Notes: generated by a model not told the origin, from the sequence alone. Shown: positions 36,438 to 48,495, counted from the first letter of the stretch. The stretch: 64,000 nucleotides of DNA from Macrostomum hystrix (GCA_950097015.1 CATNEN010000032.1:2108001-2172000), one strand, 5' to 3'. Translations and numbers: made by a program.

Positions 36438-39400
36438 ATGCTGAAATGTTTTCTATCATTAATCTGTCTGTATGAATTTTATAAAAGTTTCTACGATTTG
36501 AACAATAATTTCGGTAAGTTTTCAAAACCGATCATTATTGATTTATGCATTCGCGGATACAAAACTCAATTAAAATAGTGAGCTGTGATTAAAAAAGCTA
36601 TCTGTAATGATTCAAAAGGGTCTTCTTCAGTTGCAAACCCAGGATATGCATACCTCTCTGATCCGCTGTATCAATGTATTATGTTTTTTGTTTGGCGGTT
36701 TTAGCCAAGTGGTCGGAGTTTCGGACTCACGACTTGAAGGTTCGAATCCCGACTCCACTGGAACAATTCGTTGCCTTTAGCAAGGCACTTAACTCTGCAT
36801 TGCTTCAGTTCACCCAGATGTTAAATTGTTACCAGCATTACCTGGGATAATTGAGGGTGGGTGTGGCGTCCCCCAGTCCATGGACTGGACTGCCGCACGT
36901 AGCCTTCAGATTCGCCGCGCAATAGCTGCGGCTGTGCTATAGACTGCACATCAGGTCCAATAGGGGCAGGTGCAATCAATTATTATTTTTTTTTATTTTA
37001 CTTTTATTTTTCATGAATTTTTGTTGCTTCAGGCACGATCGAAGTCGGTGCTTCATCAGTGTTCTCAGCAGCCTGCAGTTTTTTACACTCGAGAAAATCC
37101 GCCTGCTCAACAGTGTGTTCGCTGGCCAACAGCTCTTCGAATGGGAACTTGTCAGCCTGGATTTTCTACGAAGGATCCTTCGGTTCGTAATGAGCCTTCT
37201 GTTGGGAATTTTTGAACTGGGAATCAGTTGGATGGGATGCTCCGATTCCAGAATCGGTGAGATTTGAATTATTGTATTGGTTAGAAGTGGAAAGCCAGAG
37301 ATGGTCAGTTTTTGTGCTCAACTGTCTATGGCCACGGGTGCGCTGAATTTTATTCGCGATTGCTTTAATAACTCTCTGGCCTTGTCCATAGACTATCGTC
37401 TCTACCGCATTAATCAACTAAACAAATATAGCTTTTTGCAGACCGTTTGATCCTTCGAGCATTCGATTTAATCCACAGTGGCAAAATCCGAGCGTTTCAG
37501 GCCGATTTTCAAGTTGTCTGTGGGCAAAAGTATGACAAATAATAATATTACAAATAATAAACAAACTGTTTACAAACAGTTTGCAAAAGTTTGCAAATGG
37601 TTTACAACTAGTTTACAAATGGTTTACAAATATTTTACAAGTGGCATAAGTAAGCATAAGTAATTGCAAAGCATTTTTTGGCTCTTCTGTCCGATGTCGA
37701 TTGGAACATTCTTACTTGAATCAAAGTGTCTCTACTCAATATATAAACCTTGATAGTTTGTTGACATAATACAAAAATGTGAATGTTCATTACTTGATGA
37801 TATTGTGAGGCGGCAAAGGCAGATATTTGCAGAGCAAATATTAAGATGCACTCGTGCATCGTTGGCCTGTCAGAAATCACTCTCCTGACCAAACTTTGCA
37901 CCCACTTCAGCCACGGCTGTCGAGCGCATTCTGTCAACGTCTGAAAATTCTGGAACAGCTCCGCCATGTCCCATACGTTTGGTTGCTAGGCAAAGCCATT
38001 TGCACAGAGACGCATGCCCAAACTGTTCGAAAAGGCCTAAAGATATAAACAACGACTTGCGGTTTCGTATCGACCTGCTTGATTCCGACGTAAGTTTTAC
38101 TGTTTAATTGAATAGCTTCTAAAGAATTTAAGTCAGTCGCGCATTATGTATTTCAGCGCATTCCTCTGTGGACAGTTGACGCCGAGAGTTCGGCTGTCAA
38201 TAGTTCTGTCAGCAATGTTACTCTTTCATTTTCTGGCGAGGTTTTTGAGTTAATCGAGGTTTGTCGGCGCGGAACTTTCCTGTCCGATAGAATAGCATTC
38301 CGCAGAACTCAGAAATATTTGCATGCGTTTCTTTCATTAACAGAATCGAAATTTGAATGCTACGCAACCCAAGTTCAGAGTTCTGGCCCTCATGGTGAGT
38401 GCTGACACAGTTTAGTGCTTCGGACGGGGCATTTGGTGCCTTAGAATCGCGGTTTGTTAGTCAGTATAGAACAGACAGTTGGGCTCTGTGGACTGATAGT
38501 TGGGCTCTGTGGACTGATAGTTGGGCTCTGTGGACTGATAGTTGGGCTCTGTGGACTGATAGTTGGGCTCTGTGGACTGATAGTTGGGCTCTGTGGACTG
38601 ATAGTTGGGCTCTGTGGACTGATAGTTGGGCTCTGTGGACTGATAGTTGGGCTCTGTGGACTGATAGTTGGGCTCTGTGGACTGAGAGTTGGGCTCTGTG
38701 GACTGATAGTTGGGCTCTGTGGACTGATAGTTGGGCTCTGTGGACTGGCAGTTGGGCTCTGTGGACTGGCAGTTGGGCTCTGTGGACTGGCAGTTGGGCT
38801 CTGTGGACTGGCAGTTGGGCTCTGTGGACTGGCAGTTGGGCTCTGTGGACTGGCATCTGGATTCGACGCTTGAGCTGACCCGCCACATTTTCAGGAGCCT
38901 CCGTTTGTGATGTTTAGCAACGGGAGTTTTGTAGGCTACAGCGTGTCAGTCCTAGACCACATTGCCAAGCGGTTGGGTTTTGACTATTCTATCAGCGGTA
39001 CAGAGTCCTGGAGTGACTTGCTGGCTAGCATTGAGGACCTGGTGAGCCACACATTCTTATTATTAATTTAGTCAGATTATCCGGTAAGACCCGGTCTCTA
39101 CTTGCGACCTAAATGCAAACTACGCTCGTACAAGCTCGTACTTGGATGCCTAACTACTAGCGGGCGAAAAAGTTGATTCCTCGTTTGTTAGCGCAATTCA
39201 ACCCTCGCCAACGTCAAGAAGGCGGACATCGGCATCGGGCCGATTTCAATTTCCTCGGAGCGTCGCCGGGTGGTGGATCTAACTCTGCCCTGCTACGACT
39301 TCGCCGGCCTGCAGCTGCTGACGTCGGTCGGGTATCCGGACGCAGCCTACGCAAGTTCGTACGGCGGCTTTTTCTTTGTGAAGGCTCTGCAACCGGAGCT

Positions 39401-41817
39401 GTGGGCCTGCCTGGGCGCCGCTACGCTCACCACTGGACTGCTCGTGGCTCTGTTCGACCTGCTCAGTCCCTGCAGCTCCCGCAATGCAGAGGCTTTCACA
39501 GCAGTTGGAGATGATGAAGCACCGGAGACTGGCGGCAAGGTAAGAATTGCCTATTTATGTTCTCTTTTCATGGCCTGCTTGAGTGGATCAATGGAGCGAC
39601 TATCGCTATCACTTAATTTTCCGGAAAATGTTTCGGGATCGCTAAAACATGCGAACGCTTTAACTTGGTGCTACTGTAAAATAATGTCAAATTTAACATC
39701 CATCGATTGAAGCAACGCTCACGCGCAGATATTCAGTATCGGTGAGAGCCTCTGGTACGCGCTTGGCGCCCTGACCCAAGCCGGGGACAGTTTCGATCCG
39801 AGAGCCGCCTCGGCTCGTCTGGTGGTGGCGGGCTTCTGGCTTCTGTGCTGCATCGCCCAGGCTCTGTACACAGCCAACCTGGCGGCAGTGCTCACAGGTG
39901 AGCAGCTTACCGCCGCCTCCGTCAATTCAATTCGTCAACTTGCGGCACAGAGCGATATCAAGGTTAGTCAGTGATATTACTATTTTTTCTCGTAGATAAA
40001 AGCTACGATTTCCTTAAAATGTTGACTTTTTCAGTACACTGTGCAGCGCAATACGATTGGACACGAGTTCTTCCAGCGCATGGCCGACATCGAGTCGCAG
40101 TTCTTTACAATCTGGCGCGATTCCATCGCTGAATGCGGTGGGTCAAGTTTCTGACTGTGATGTCAAGGTTTCTTTCTCTCTACATCGCTCGTATTATCAT
40201 GCAGCTAAAATTGTCTCAATATTTCGACGACTTGGTACTCGTAATAACTGACAGAGCAATATGTTTTTTTTTATCCCAAAAATCCAATTTTCTTAAAGGC
40301 CCAAATCGTCCGCTGCCCTGCGAGTCATCGACGGTGTGGGAGTACCCAGTCGAAGAGAGGTACACCCAAATGCTGAGCCGCATGAGCGGCTGGGGCCTGC
40401 TGAACAGCTCGCAGGAGGCGCTGGAGTTGGTGCGCTCAGGCGGCTGGGCTGTGTTCATGGACACACCGCTGGCCAGATACCACTCTAGCCGGGATTGCCG
40501 CTTGCGCACTGTTGGCGAGGTTCTGAGCTCGCGGCCCTACGGAATGGCCCTGCGGAAGGGCTCGCCGATGACTAAAAACTTCGACATGGCGTATGCTTGA
40601 AATTATTTATGAAATGATTCCATCTTTGCTTGAGTACTTTGAGATGTGGGCTCAAATTCTATGAAGTATGGGTTATGATCGATGCTCTGGTGAATCTGGG
40701 GTATAATTGACGCTCTGAATTATCAGGTGTTTTGTTGAATTTAATTGAAGTGAATCGGAAGGACCAGGGGTATAATCGACCGCTCTGAAGGATCAGGATT
40801 ACGATCGATGCTCTGAAGGATCAGGGGTATAACTGACGCTCTGAAGAATCAGGGTTACGATCGGCGCTCTGAAGGATCAGGGGTATAACTGACGCTCTGA
40901 AGGATCAGGGGTATAACTGACGCTCTGAAGAATCAGGGTTACGATCGGCGCTCTGAAGGATAAGGGGTATAATTGACGCTCTGAAGGATCAGGGGTATAA
41001 TTGACGCTCTGAAGAATCAGGGTTACGATCGACGCTCTGAAGAATCAGGGTTACGATCGACGCTCTGAAGAATCAGGGTTACGATCGACGCTCTGAAGGA
41101 TCAGGGGTATAACTGACGCTCTGAAGAATCAGGGTTACGATCGACGCTCTGAAGAATCAGGGTTACGATCGACGCTCTGAAGAATCAGGGTTACGATCGA
41201 CGCTATGGAGGACCAGGGGTATAACTGACGCTCTGAAGGATCAGGGGTATAATTGACGCTCTGAAGGACCAGAAGTTTAATTGAGTTGCTTTAATCTATA
41301 AAAGTAAAAACGCACTCTTATTTCCATAAAGAATCCTCGAGATGCAACAGGATCGAAAACTCGAAGAGCTCAAATTGGTCTGGTGGGACAGTGGGAAAGC
41401 AGTGTGTCCAGCTGATGAGCGGTCTATCGGTGAGCAAACTGATTGTATTGCTGCTGAAATTTCAAATCAAATTTTAAACAAATTTTAACCAACCAATTGT
41501 GAACCAACCTCACATGCATTCTAGGCCAATGTACTCATCCAGAATTCCCCCAACTGAAATCTGCTTTCTCAGGCCTGAAGCTCAGATCAATAGGTGGACT
41601 GTTTGCCCTGCCGGCCGCTGGAATCTGTCTGGGGTTTCTGATTCTGCTTGTTGAATTAGCGGTTGCCAGAATGCGTCGATCAAGGCTGGTGCGAATGAAA
41701 AATTGTTGTTTGCATTTCATAAATGATAGAAAAATCATCATCTCATTTAAACCAAAATACGTCCTTCAGGTTTCTACGGAATTGACTGGTTCTCAACCGG
41801 AGAACGAGCTCAACTAA
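36438..41817 (+). CDS. Ionotropic receptor of the IR25a/IR8a-related group. Confident exons: 38344-38394, ~38895-39041, ~39219-39540, ~39730-39962, ~40036-40137, 40299-40590, 41332-~41428, 41573-41688, 41770-41817. The 5' exons (from ATG 36438) are tentative.
   Basis: S1 EPPFV...KADIGIGPISISSERRRVVD; pore LWYALGALTQAG; LYTANLAA; RMADIESQFFTIWRD and VWEYPVEERYTQM, which match the IR25a-type insertion (RMAxIE..FYEIWKD / VWDYPVSDKYTKM); M4 IGGLFALPAAGICLGFLILLVE. Confidence 0.85.
36705..36985 (+). mobile_element. SINE family 2 copy
   Basis: TAGCCAAGTGGTC (A box), GGTTCGAATCCC (B box), GCAAGGCACTTAACTCTGCATTGCTTCAGTTCACCCAG, and an ATTATT tail. Confidence 0.8.
38470..38855. repeat. Minisatellite, 21-bp unit AGTTGGGCTCTGTGGACTGAT/GGC, about 18 copies
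   Basis: Direct inspection; the GAT variant gives way to the GGC variant along the array. Confidence 0.95.
40670..41280. repeat. Minisatellite with two interspersed 28-bp variants
   Basis: GACGCTCTGAAGGATCAGGGGTATAACT and GACGCTCTGAAGAATCAGGGTTACGATC. Confidence 0.9.
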
Positions 41818-43229
41818 AGTTTGACCCATCGCACGAATCCTGGCCGCTTTACTACTAGTAGGTTAAGATGAACATCGCTTCACAAAAATTTTAATAAAAT
41901 AAACACGAGCTTGTTGACTACTGGCTGTCAGCAAGCAAACCGAAAGAAAATCCGAGCAGAGCCACATTCAATGACGACTCAGGCCTAGTCAGTGGCATCG
42001 TGCGATTATCTTGGCCATTGTTTTGCTATTCTAAGCTCGCTATTCAAGAAAGTTGCTTCTTAAGAGGCATAAGCAAACTATCAAGTTGTGCTCAGAATGA
42101 CCGGAAGTCGAATTCTAAGCTATTTAAATTTATAGAATTCAAATTTTTTTCTTACGCTGCTCACAGAGCGCTTGATTGGACAGCATTGAAGGTTATTTGA
42201 CTTTGTTGATATTTTGTCTTAAAAATATATATTTGCTATCAGGCGCAAAAAACTTTTAATCTTTTGAAAGCAGGCTTTAGTCGGTTCCAATGCAATTAGA
42301 CACGTCATTTTATTATTTGATTTCATATTTGAAGTCACTCAAACAAAAGAAAGTGAATATCTTGATTTCAGCGCCACCTATTAGGGATTGTTGGCGCAGT
42401 CTTAGACGGAACACGCTTCAAGCTATCCAAGACTCAAACTTGGGGTCACGGAGAGGCCGTGAGAGTTCCTCCGAGAAGGGGGTCGACCCATCGCCCCGGT
42501 CGGACAATGAATGGCTTCTCGAAGATGACCCGGGGACACTTTCTTTTTAAAAGAAGGCCCTCAACAAGCAAAGTAAGAATTTTGACAGATCCCTCGGGCG
42601 CACAGCCAGTGAGCTTCTGAGAACTTTTTAGAAGCTTCTTCGAGCCACGTCAAATTGTATGGCTGAGAGATTAGTTGGCCATCACCCACCTCCTTCCTTC
42701 ACACCCAAAAGCCACCCAGAGCCCTGCAGCGAACGTGCCTGACCATTGAGTTGTCAGCGCGGGCCCCCTGTGTATGTTTCGCTTCTCCAAAAGCCAGCGG
42801 TCGCTGAGACATCAGCACGCGCGCCTACCGTGGATACTGCTGTCAGCTCTGTCTCTCTGGCCCTTAGTGGCGTGGTCTCATTTTCTCTTGCTGGCTTATT
42901 ATAGGAATTCTCAGTCGGGGCAACTCGGCAGACAGCCTGGCGCCGGCGCAGGACGCCAACCTCCCTCCTTTCAGGCTCTCTCAGCAACTCAATGCGAAAT
43001 AGAATCGGTGCGAGTGCGGCAGCAGAGCTAGATAAGTGACGGAATCCTGCGGCGGACCGCCACGCTCGCTCTCGCACGCAGATTCTAACTCTTTCATTTA
43101 ATAATCTTTCTTTTGTTTTTGTTGCATAAAAAAGAGAAAATCTATTGCAGCGAATCTCAACTCATTTTTAATCTCAATAAATACCGACAGAGAGAAATCG
43201 CGAGAGAGTGTGCAGAGAACCGATCAATC

Positions 43230-45606
43230 ATGTCGGCTTTGCAGTTGCGACGGTCGAATTTCTGTCTGATCTGCCTCCCAATTCTGCTGACTTCGCTCCT
43301 GCTGTGTTCCGTGCAGGCGGCCCGGCCGTCGCCAGATCCGTTGGCCAGCCTGGCCCGCCTGCTGGGCGTCCAGCGGGTGCCGGCGCACCTCAGAGGCAGC
43401 GCGGGAGCACCGCTGTTCCTGCGTCGATTGTTCGACTCGGTGTCCGAGACCGACGGCAGAGCGGTTCGGTCGGTGCCGTATCACTCGGACTCGGTGGTTG
43501 CCTACCCTGACTGGGGTGAGTTTGAGTTCATAATCCGCTGACTTCTGAGCACACTTACACAGGTGTGTACATCTGCCTTGACTTTCTCATCGCCAGGCAA
43601 TGTATACATTCTCACTGTGCAAGCAAATAGTGACTTAAGAAATGATTTTCTCAATAAAAAAACATCAAAATTTCGCAGCAACTGGCAGCCAGACCTTCTA
43701 CAACTACAACCTGACTCGGCTGCCCTATCAGGGCGATATTCGCTACGCCGATTTGCACCTGTTTCGAGCGCCTTCCATTGCAGTCGACCGAGCCTCCAGA
43801 CGACGGCGACGAGAAGCGCCAATGAAAACTGTCGCGCCATCGAGAATAATTAAGGTGTGTCTGAGTCAGCTTGCTGAAGCTGTGAATCGGGATTCTGTGA
43901 ATCGGGATTCTGTGAATCGGGATTCTGTGAATCGGGATTCTGTGAATCGGGATTCTTGATTCATTCTTTTGCTTAATTTTTACAGTTAAAGCTATACCAA
44001 GTGACAGACCCCAGACGTCGTGGCACCCCATTCGGAAATATCCTGCTGTCACAGAAGCTGATACCCATTGACTATCGAGGCTGGATTGTGTTCGAGGTCA
44101 GCCAGGCGGCGCTAAGTTGGATGGAGTCCTCCGGAGTCACAAATCACGGTGAGGCAGTTTTTCCTTCCCTAGTTGCACATCCGGTAGAGTCTGGATCAAG
44201 GAGATTGTACAGGCGGATGTGCTGGTTGACTAGAATAAAAATTTTTGTGTAGGTTGCTAAATTTAGTCTAGGGATGTGATTGGCTGAGAAAAAATCTATA
44301 AAACTGGGTTTTTGGTTGCCAACTTTAGTCTAGGGCTGTGATTGGCTGAGAAAAAATCTATGAACCTGGGGTGCCGGAAATATTATTAGTGACCGTGCAA
44401 ACGTTGATAAGCCAAAATTTTCTATCCTCATATATGGCTATTGGCGGACTAACCTAATCGCCTCAGGTCTAGCTGTATTCGCCTTTTTCACCAACGGCGA
44501 GCCAGTGCCGCCAAGCAGACTAGGATTCGTTCAACGCGGCGAGAACCGCGACATCCTGCAGCCGGCGCTGATGGTGTACGCGTCTGAGACCGACCGGCGG
44601 AATCGCGCTGAGCTAGGTGATTTGATGAATTTAGTTTCTATTTTTCGAGCTAAATATATGGGGGGTTGAGTGGCAGAGGGGTTAACATGTTAGCCTCTCG
44701 CACCAAGGACCCTCGCACCAAGGACCCTCGCACCAAGGACCCTCGCACCAAGGACCCTCGCACCAAGGACCCTCGCACCAAGGACCCTCGCACCAAGGAC
44801 CCTCGCACCAAGGACCCTCGCACCAAGGACCCTCGCACCAAGGACCCTCGCACCAAGGACCCTCGCACCAAGGACCCTCGCACCAAGGACCCTCGCACCA
44901 AGGACCCTCGCACCAAGGACCCTCGCACCAAGGACCCTCGCACCAAGGACCCTCGCACCAAGGACCCTCGCACCAAGGACCCTGCAAAAAATGTTTTTAT
45001 TTTTCAATGTGAATATACGGATTTATGAAATCGAATAAATAAAAACCAAATTAACCCCAACCCGCTCATCCATCCCGCCATCCAGAGAACAACTCGTTTA
45101 ATCGAGCATTCGATTCCTTCGACCCAAATCGCTACGCCAGCGTGTACGGCGGCACCTTCGCCCTGACAACTGGTCGACGTCTTAGCCGAGGTCGACGAGC
45201 GGCCCCGGCTGCAGTCGCCTCCGCCGCCGCCGGCTCCGCCGTAGCATCTTCGACCGCAGCTCAAGATTCGTCATCAATGAGCGTCACTTGTAGGCGCTAT
45301 CCAATGTACGTGGACTTCGCCAAGGTCGGCTGGGACGAATGGATCATCGGACCGCCCGGCTTCAATGCCTTTTTCTGCAGCGGCCACTGCCCCTTCCCGC
45401 TGGGCCAGCAGTTCCACCCCAGCAACCATGCAGTGGTGCAGAGCATCATGAATCACCTGGGCCCCGCAATTAGCGGACCGGTGCAGAAGCCATGCTGCGT
45501 GCCGAGCAAGCTGGACAGCATCAGCATGCTCTACTATGACGACAATGAGAGAGTGGTGCTGAAACAGTACGACGATATGATTGCACTGTCCTGCGGGTGC
45601 CAGTGA
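43230..45606 (+). CDS. admp: Anti-dorsalizing morphogenetic protein (BMP/TGF-beta family), 431 aa; exons 43230-43515, 43679-43854, 43986-44148, 44467-44616, 45086-45606
   Basis: Phase-consistent model (1296 nt). Signal peptide, prodomain, and basic cleavage sites RRLSR/RGRR. The seven-Cys domain has ADMP-type rather than BMP2/4-type residues: CPFPLGQ..PSNHAVVQSI, VVLKQYDDMIALSCGC. Confidence 0.85.
43535..43625 (-). mobile_element. SINE family 1 internal fragment (ADMP intron 1)
   Basis: CTGAGCACACTTACACAGGTGTGTACATCTGCCTTGACTTTCTCATCGCCAGGCA matches the family body. Confidence 0.7.
43883..43957. repeat. 15-bp unit GTGAATCGGGATTCT x5
   Basis: Direct inspection. Confidence 0.9.
44660..44985 (+). 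repeat. SINE family 1 head followed by 15-bp unit CACCAAGGACCCTCG, about 19 copies
   Basis: GGGGGTTGAGTGGCAGAGGGGTTAACATGTTAGCCTCTCG runs directly into the array; the unit equals the SINE head segment CTCGCACCAAGG(A/T)CC. Confidence 0.9.
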
Positions 45607-45912
45607 GGCCTGGATAATTCTGTACTTATAGATTTGCTTCGGTCCGGTTCATTGATGCTCCTGTTGTTTTTGCTTCATTTAACAAACCGTGGTTTTTATT
45701 TCTGGAAAATTATTCGATGTTGCCTTTCTTGATAAAAGCCTTTTAAGCTTCTTTATAACTTTCTTCTTTTATAACCAGACAAGTGCATACGCATTAATCT
45801 CTAAGAGCTGAAACATTTCTTGAACTCGTATTCCCTAACAAATCATGAACGCAAAAGTGGCACCCAAATTCAAGACAACAAAACATTTTCTCCAATCTCT
45901 TCGAAATTACCA

Positions 45913-46455
45913 GAGAACCAGCAAACTCACTCATATTCTGGACGCGTTTAGCCAATCAGGCAAGGGGGAGGGCATTGAGAACCAGCAAACTCACTCATAT
46001 TCTGGACGCGTTTAGCCAATCAGGCAAGGGGGAGGGCATTGAGAACCAGCAAACTCACTCATATTCTGGACGCGTTTAGCCAATCAGGCAAGGGGGAGGG
46101 CATTGAGAACCAGCAAACTCACTCATATTCTGGACGCGTTTAGCCAATCAGGCAAGGGGGAGGGCATTGAGAACCAGCAAACTCACTCATATTCTGGACG
46201 CGTTTAGCCAATCAGGCAAGGGGGAGGGCGTTGAGAACCAGCAACCTCACTCTCTCTGTCTCACTCTCCCTGTTCTAAGAGCTTCTAGCCAATCAGAAAA
46301 GGAGGAGGGTATTGAGAACCAGCAACCTCACTCCCCCTGATCTAAGAGCTTCTAGCCAATCAAAAAAGGAGGAGAGTACTGAGAACCAACCAGCTTTTAG
46401 CCAATCAGACAACGAGGAGGGTATTGAGAACCAGCAATCTCACCCCCTGTTCTAA
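45913..46455. repeat. 64-bp tandem unit containing AGCCAATCAG, about 5 clean and 3 degenerate copies
   Basis: GAGAACCAGC recurs at 45913, 45977 and 46041. Confidence 0.9.
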
Positions 46456-47166
46456 AAGCTGCTCTTAAAACGGACGAATAAGTACTGGGATTAGGGCTAA
46501 TGATATCCGTCTGACGAACTCACAATAACTTCTCGCAACTTGATGTACGCGTCGCGATTTTACTATACTTCACGCCCTAAACTTTTTACATTCGTATTTG
46601 AGAACTAAGTCGCCATGGACTTGGGGACATTTAACTATTATCTTTTCTCATGCAAAACTTTGCGAGTGTCAATTGCTGTTTCAGCCTTGTACAGCAAACA
46701 CCTTTAATAAACAGAAGCAAATTATTACTTTACTTTATGAAATTGTATAAGCGCAGCTTTGCTTTCATTTAAGCAGCAATTAAATAACAAGCTTTGAAGC
46801 AGATAAAACTCTACTGGGTCGCTGACAGTAAGTAGTACGAACAGCGCATAAATTGGTCTTTATATATTCTAGAACCAAAGTTATGTACAGTTTAAACGGA
46901 CAGGTGCCCCTAAGTCTGTGATTAATTAAGCATGTCAAGTGCCGTGAGAATTCTTAGAAAATAATTGCGGCTGCACCTTTTGAATGCGAATCGAGAACAA
47001 GAAAAAAGAACAGGTATCTGGGACAGCGAGAGCACGCACTATTGATTGAAAAGCAAGACAGAACGAAATTCAGAATAGCAGAATAGCAAGCTGATTGGTT
47101 TTTACAGCAATGGGATTTGGGATTGACAGAGGAAACAGACTAGAGAAGCTGGAGCGGCAGGAGGTC

Positions 47167-47746
47167 TCAGTCACGATCGTTATCATCTGGGTCATCCGCG
47201 CGCTCTTCAGCTGCCTCGGGCTCAGCCTCTTCTGGTTCCGGTTCGGCTTCCGGTTCCGGTTCCGGTTCCGGTTCCGGTTCCCCTTCCGCTTCTTCCTCAA
47301 CCTCTTCTCCTTCCTCAGCATCGCCATCTTCGTCGTCCGCTTCTTCTTCATCTCCTTCTTCCACATCTCCTTCTTCTTCTTCTTCTTCGTCTGCCTCTTC
47401 TTCCCCTTCTTCCTGTTCGTCTTCTTCCTCCTCTCCATCTTCTTCTCCATCCTCTTCTCCATCTTCTTCTTCCTCAGCTTCTTCTTCATCTTCTTCCTCG
47501 CCGCTGTCCTGTCTGCTGGCAGCCTCCGTAGCGGCGCCGTCTCGTTCGGCCTCGGCGCCACCTGCGCCGGTGGCAGCGGCGGCTGCGGCAATTTCTTCAT
47601 GAGCTTCTCGCTCCTCGCGTTCAAGCCGCAGGCGCTCCAGCTCCAGCATCTGCTCCCGCTCCTGCTGCTCCAGCTGCAGCAGCAGCTCCCGGTCTGCCTG
47701 CTGCTCGGCTGCCGCTGCCGCAGCCTCAACGCCTGCGTCTTCCTGA
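47167..47746 (-). CDS. Terminal exon encoding an extremely Glu/Asp-rich region with EP repeats; possibly the 3' exon of the gene starting at 54968
   Basis: Acceptor ccaccag|TCAG at 47746; open frame QEDAGVEAAAA...EEEDEEEAEE...PEPEPE...DRD*; GC-rich, coding-like composition. Confidence 0.7.
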
Positions 47747-47804
47747 CTGGTGGAAGAATTGTTTTATTTATTGTGATTAGCGTTTTCTTTCTTATTGAGC
47801 TCCT

Positions 47805-48495
47805 ACTGGGAGACAGAGGACTGGGAGACAGTGGACTAGAGGACAGAGGAATGGGAGATAATGGACTGGGAGACAGAGGACTGGGAGATAAGAGGACTGG
47901 GAGACAGACTACTGGGAGACAGAGGACTGGGAGACAGAAAACTGGGAGACAGAGGACTGGGAGACAGAGGACTGGGAGATAATGGACAGGGAGACAGAGG
48001 AATGGGAGATAATGGACAGGGAGACAGAGGACTGGAAGATAATGGGCTGGGAGACAGTGGACTAGAGGACAGAGGAATGGGAGATAATGGACTGGGAGAC
48101 AGAGGACTGGGAGATAAGAGGACTGGGAGACAGACTACTGGGAGACAGAGGACTGGGAGACAGAAAACTGGGAGACAGAGGACTGGGAGACAGAGGAATG
48201 GGAGATAATGGACAGGGAGACAGAGGAATGGGAGACAGAGGACTGGGAGACAGAGGACTGGAAGATAATGGGCTGGGAGACAGTGGACTAGAGGACAGAG
48301 GAATGGGAGATAATGGACTGGGAGACAGAGGACTGGGAGATAAGAGGACTGGGAGACAGACTACTGGGAGACAGAGGACTGGGAGACAGAGGACTGGGAG
48401 ATAGAGGACTGGGAGACAGAGGACTGGGAGACAGAGGACTGGGAGACAGAGGACTGGGAGACAGAGGATTGGGAGACAGAGGACTAGGAGACAAA
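47805..48495. repeat. 15-bp GGACTGGGAGACAGA repeat with a 226-bp higher-order period
   Basis: An identical variant block starts at 47861, 48087 and 48313. Confidence 0.9.

Noticed and set aside
42774-43031. 85-aa ORF with a hydrophobic stretch upstream of ADMP, considered as Pinhead or a micropeptide
   Set aside because: It lacks the Cys-rich pattern expected of Pinhead and has no other support. It is probably leader or promoter sequence.
44650-45028. Collagen-like or RTKDP repeat ORFs in several frames
   Set aside because: A stop-free 15-bp repeat is open in multiple frames and sits within ADMP intron 4.
45274-45606. Initial call as BMP2/4 (dpp)
   Set aside because: Residues PLGQ, VQSI, KQYDDM and SCGC fit ADMP better than BMP2/4 (PLADH, VQTL, KNYQDM, GCGC). 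A phylogeny is still needed.
47095-47982. Phe-rich, membrane-like plus-strand ORF
   Set aside because: Antisense shadow of the Glu-rich (GAA/GAG) minus-strand exon.
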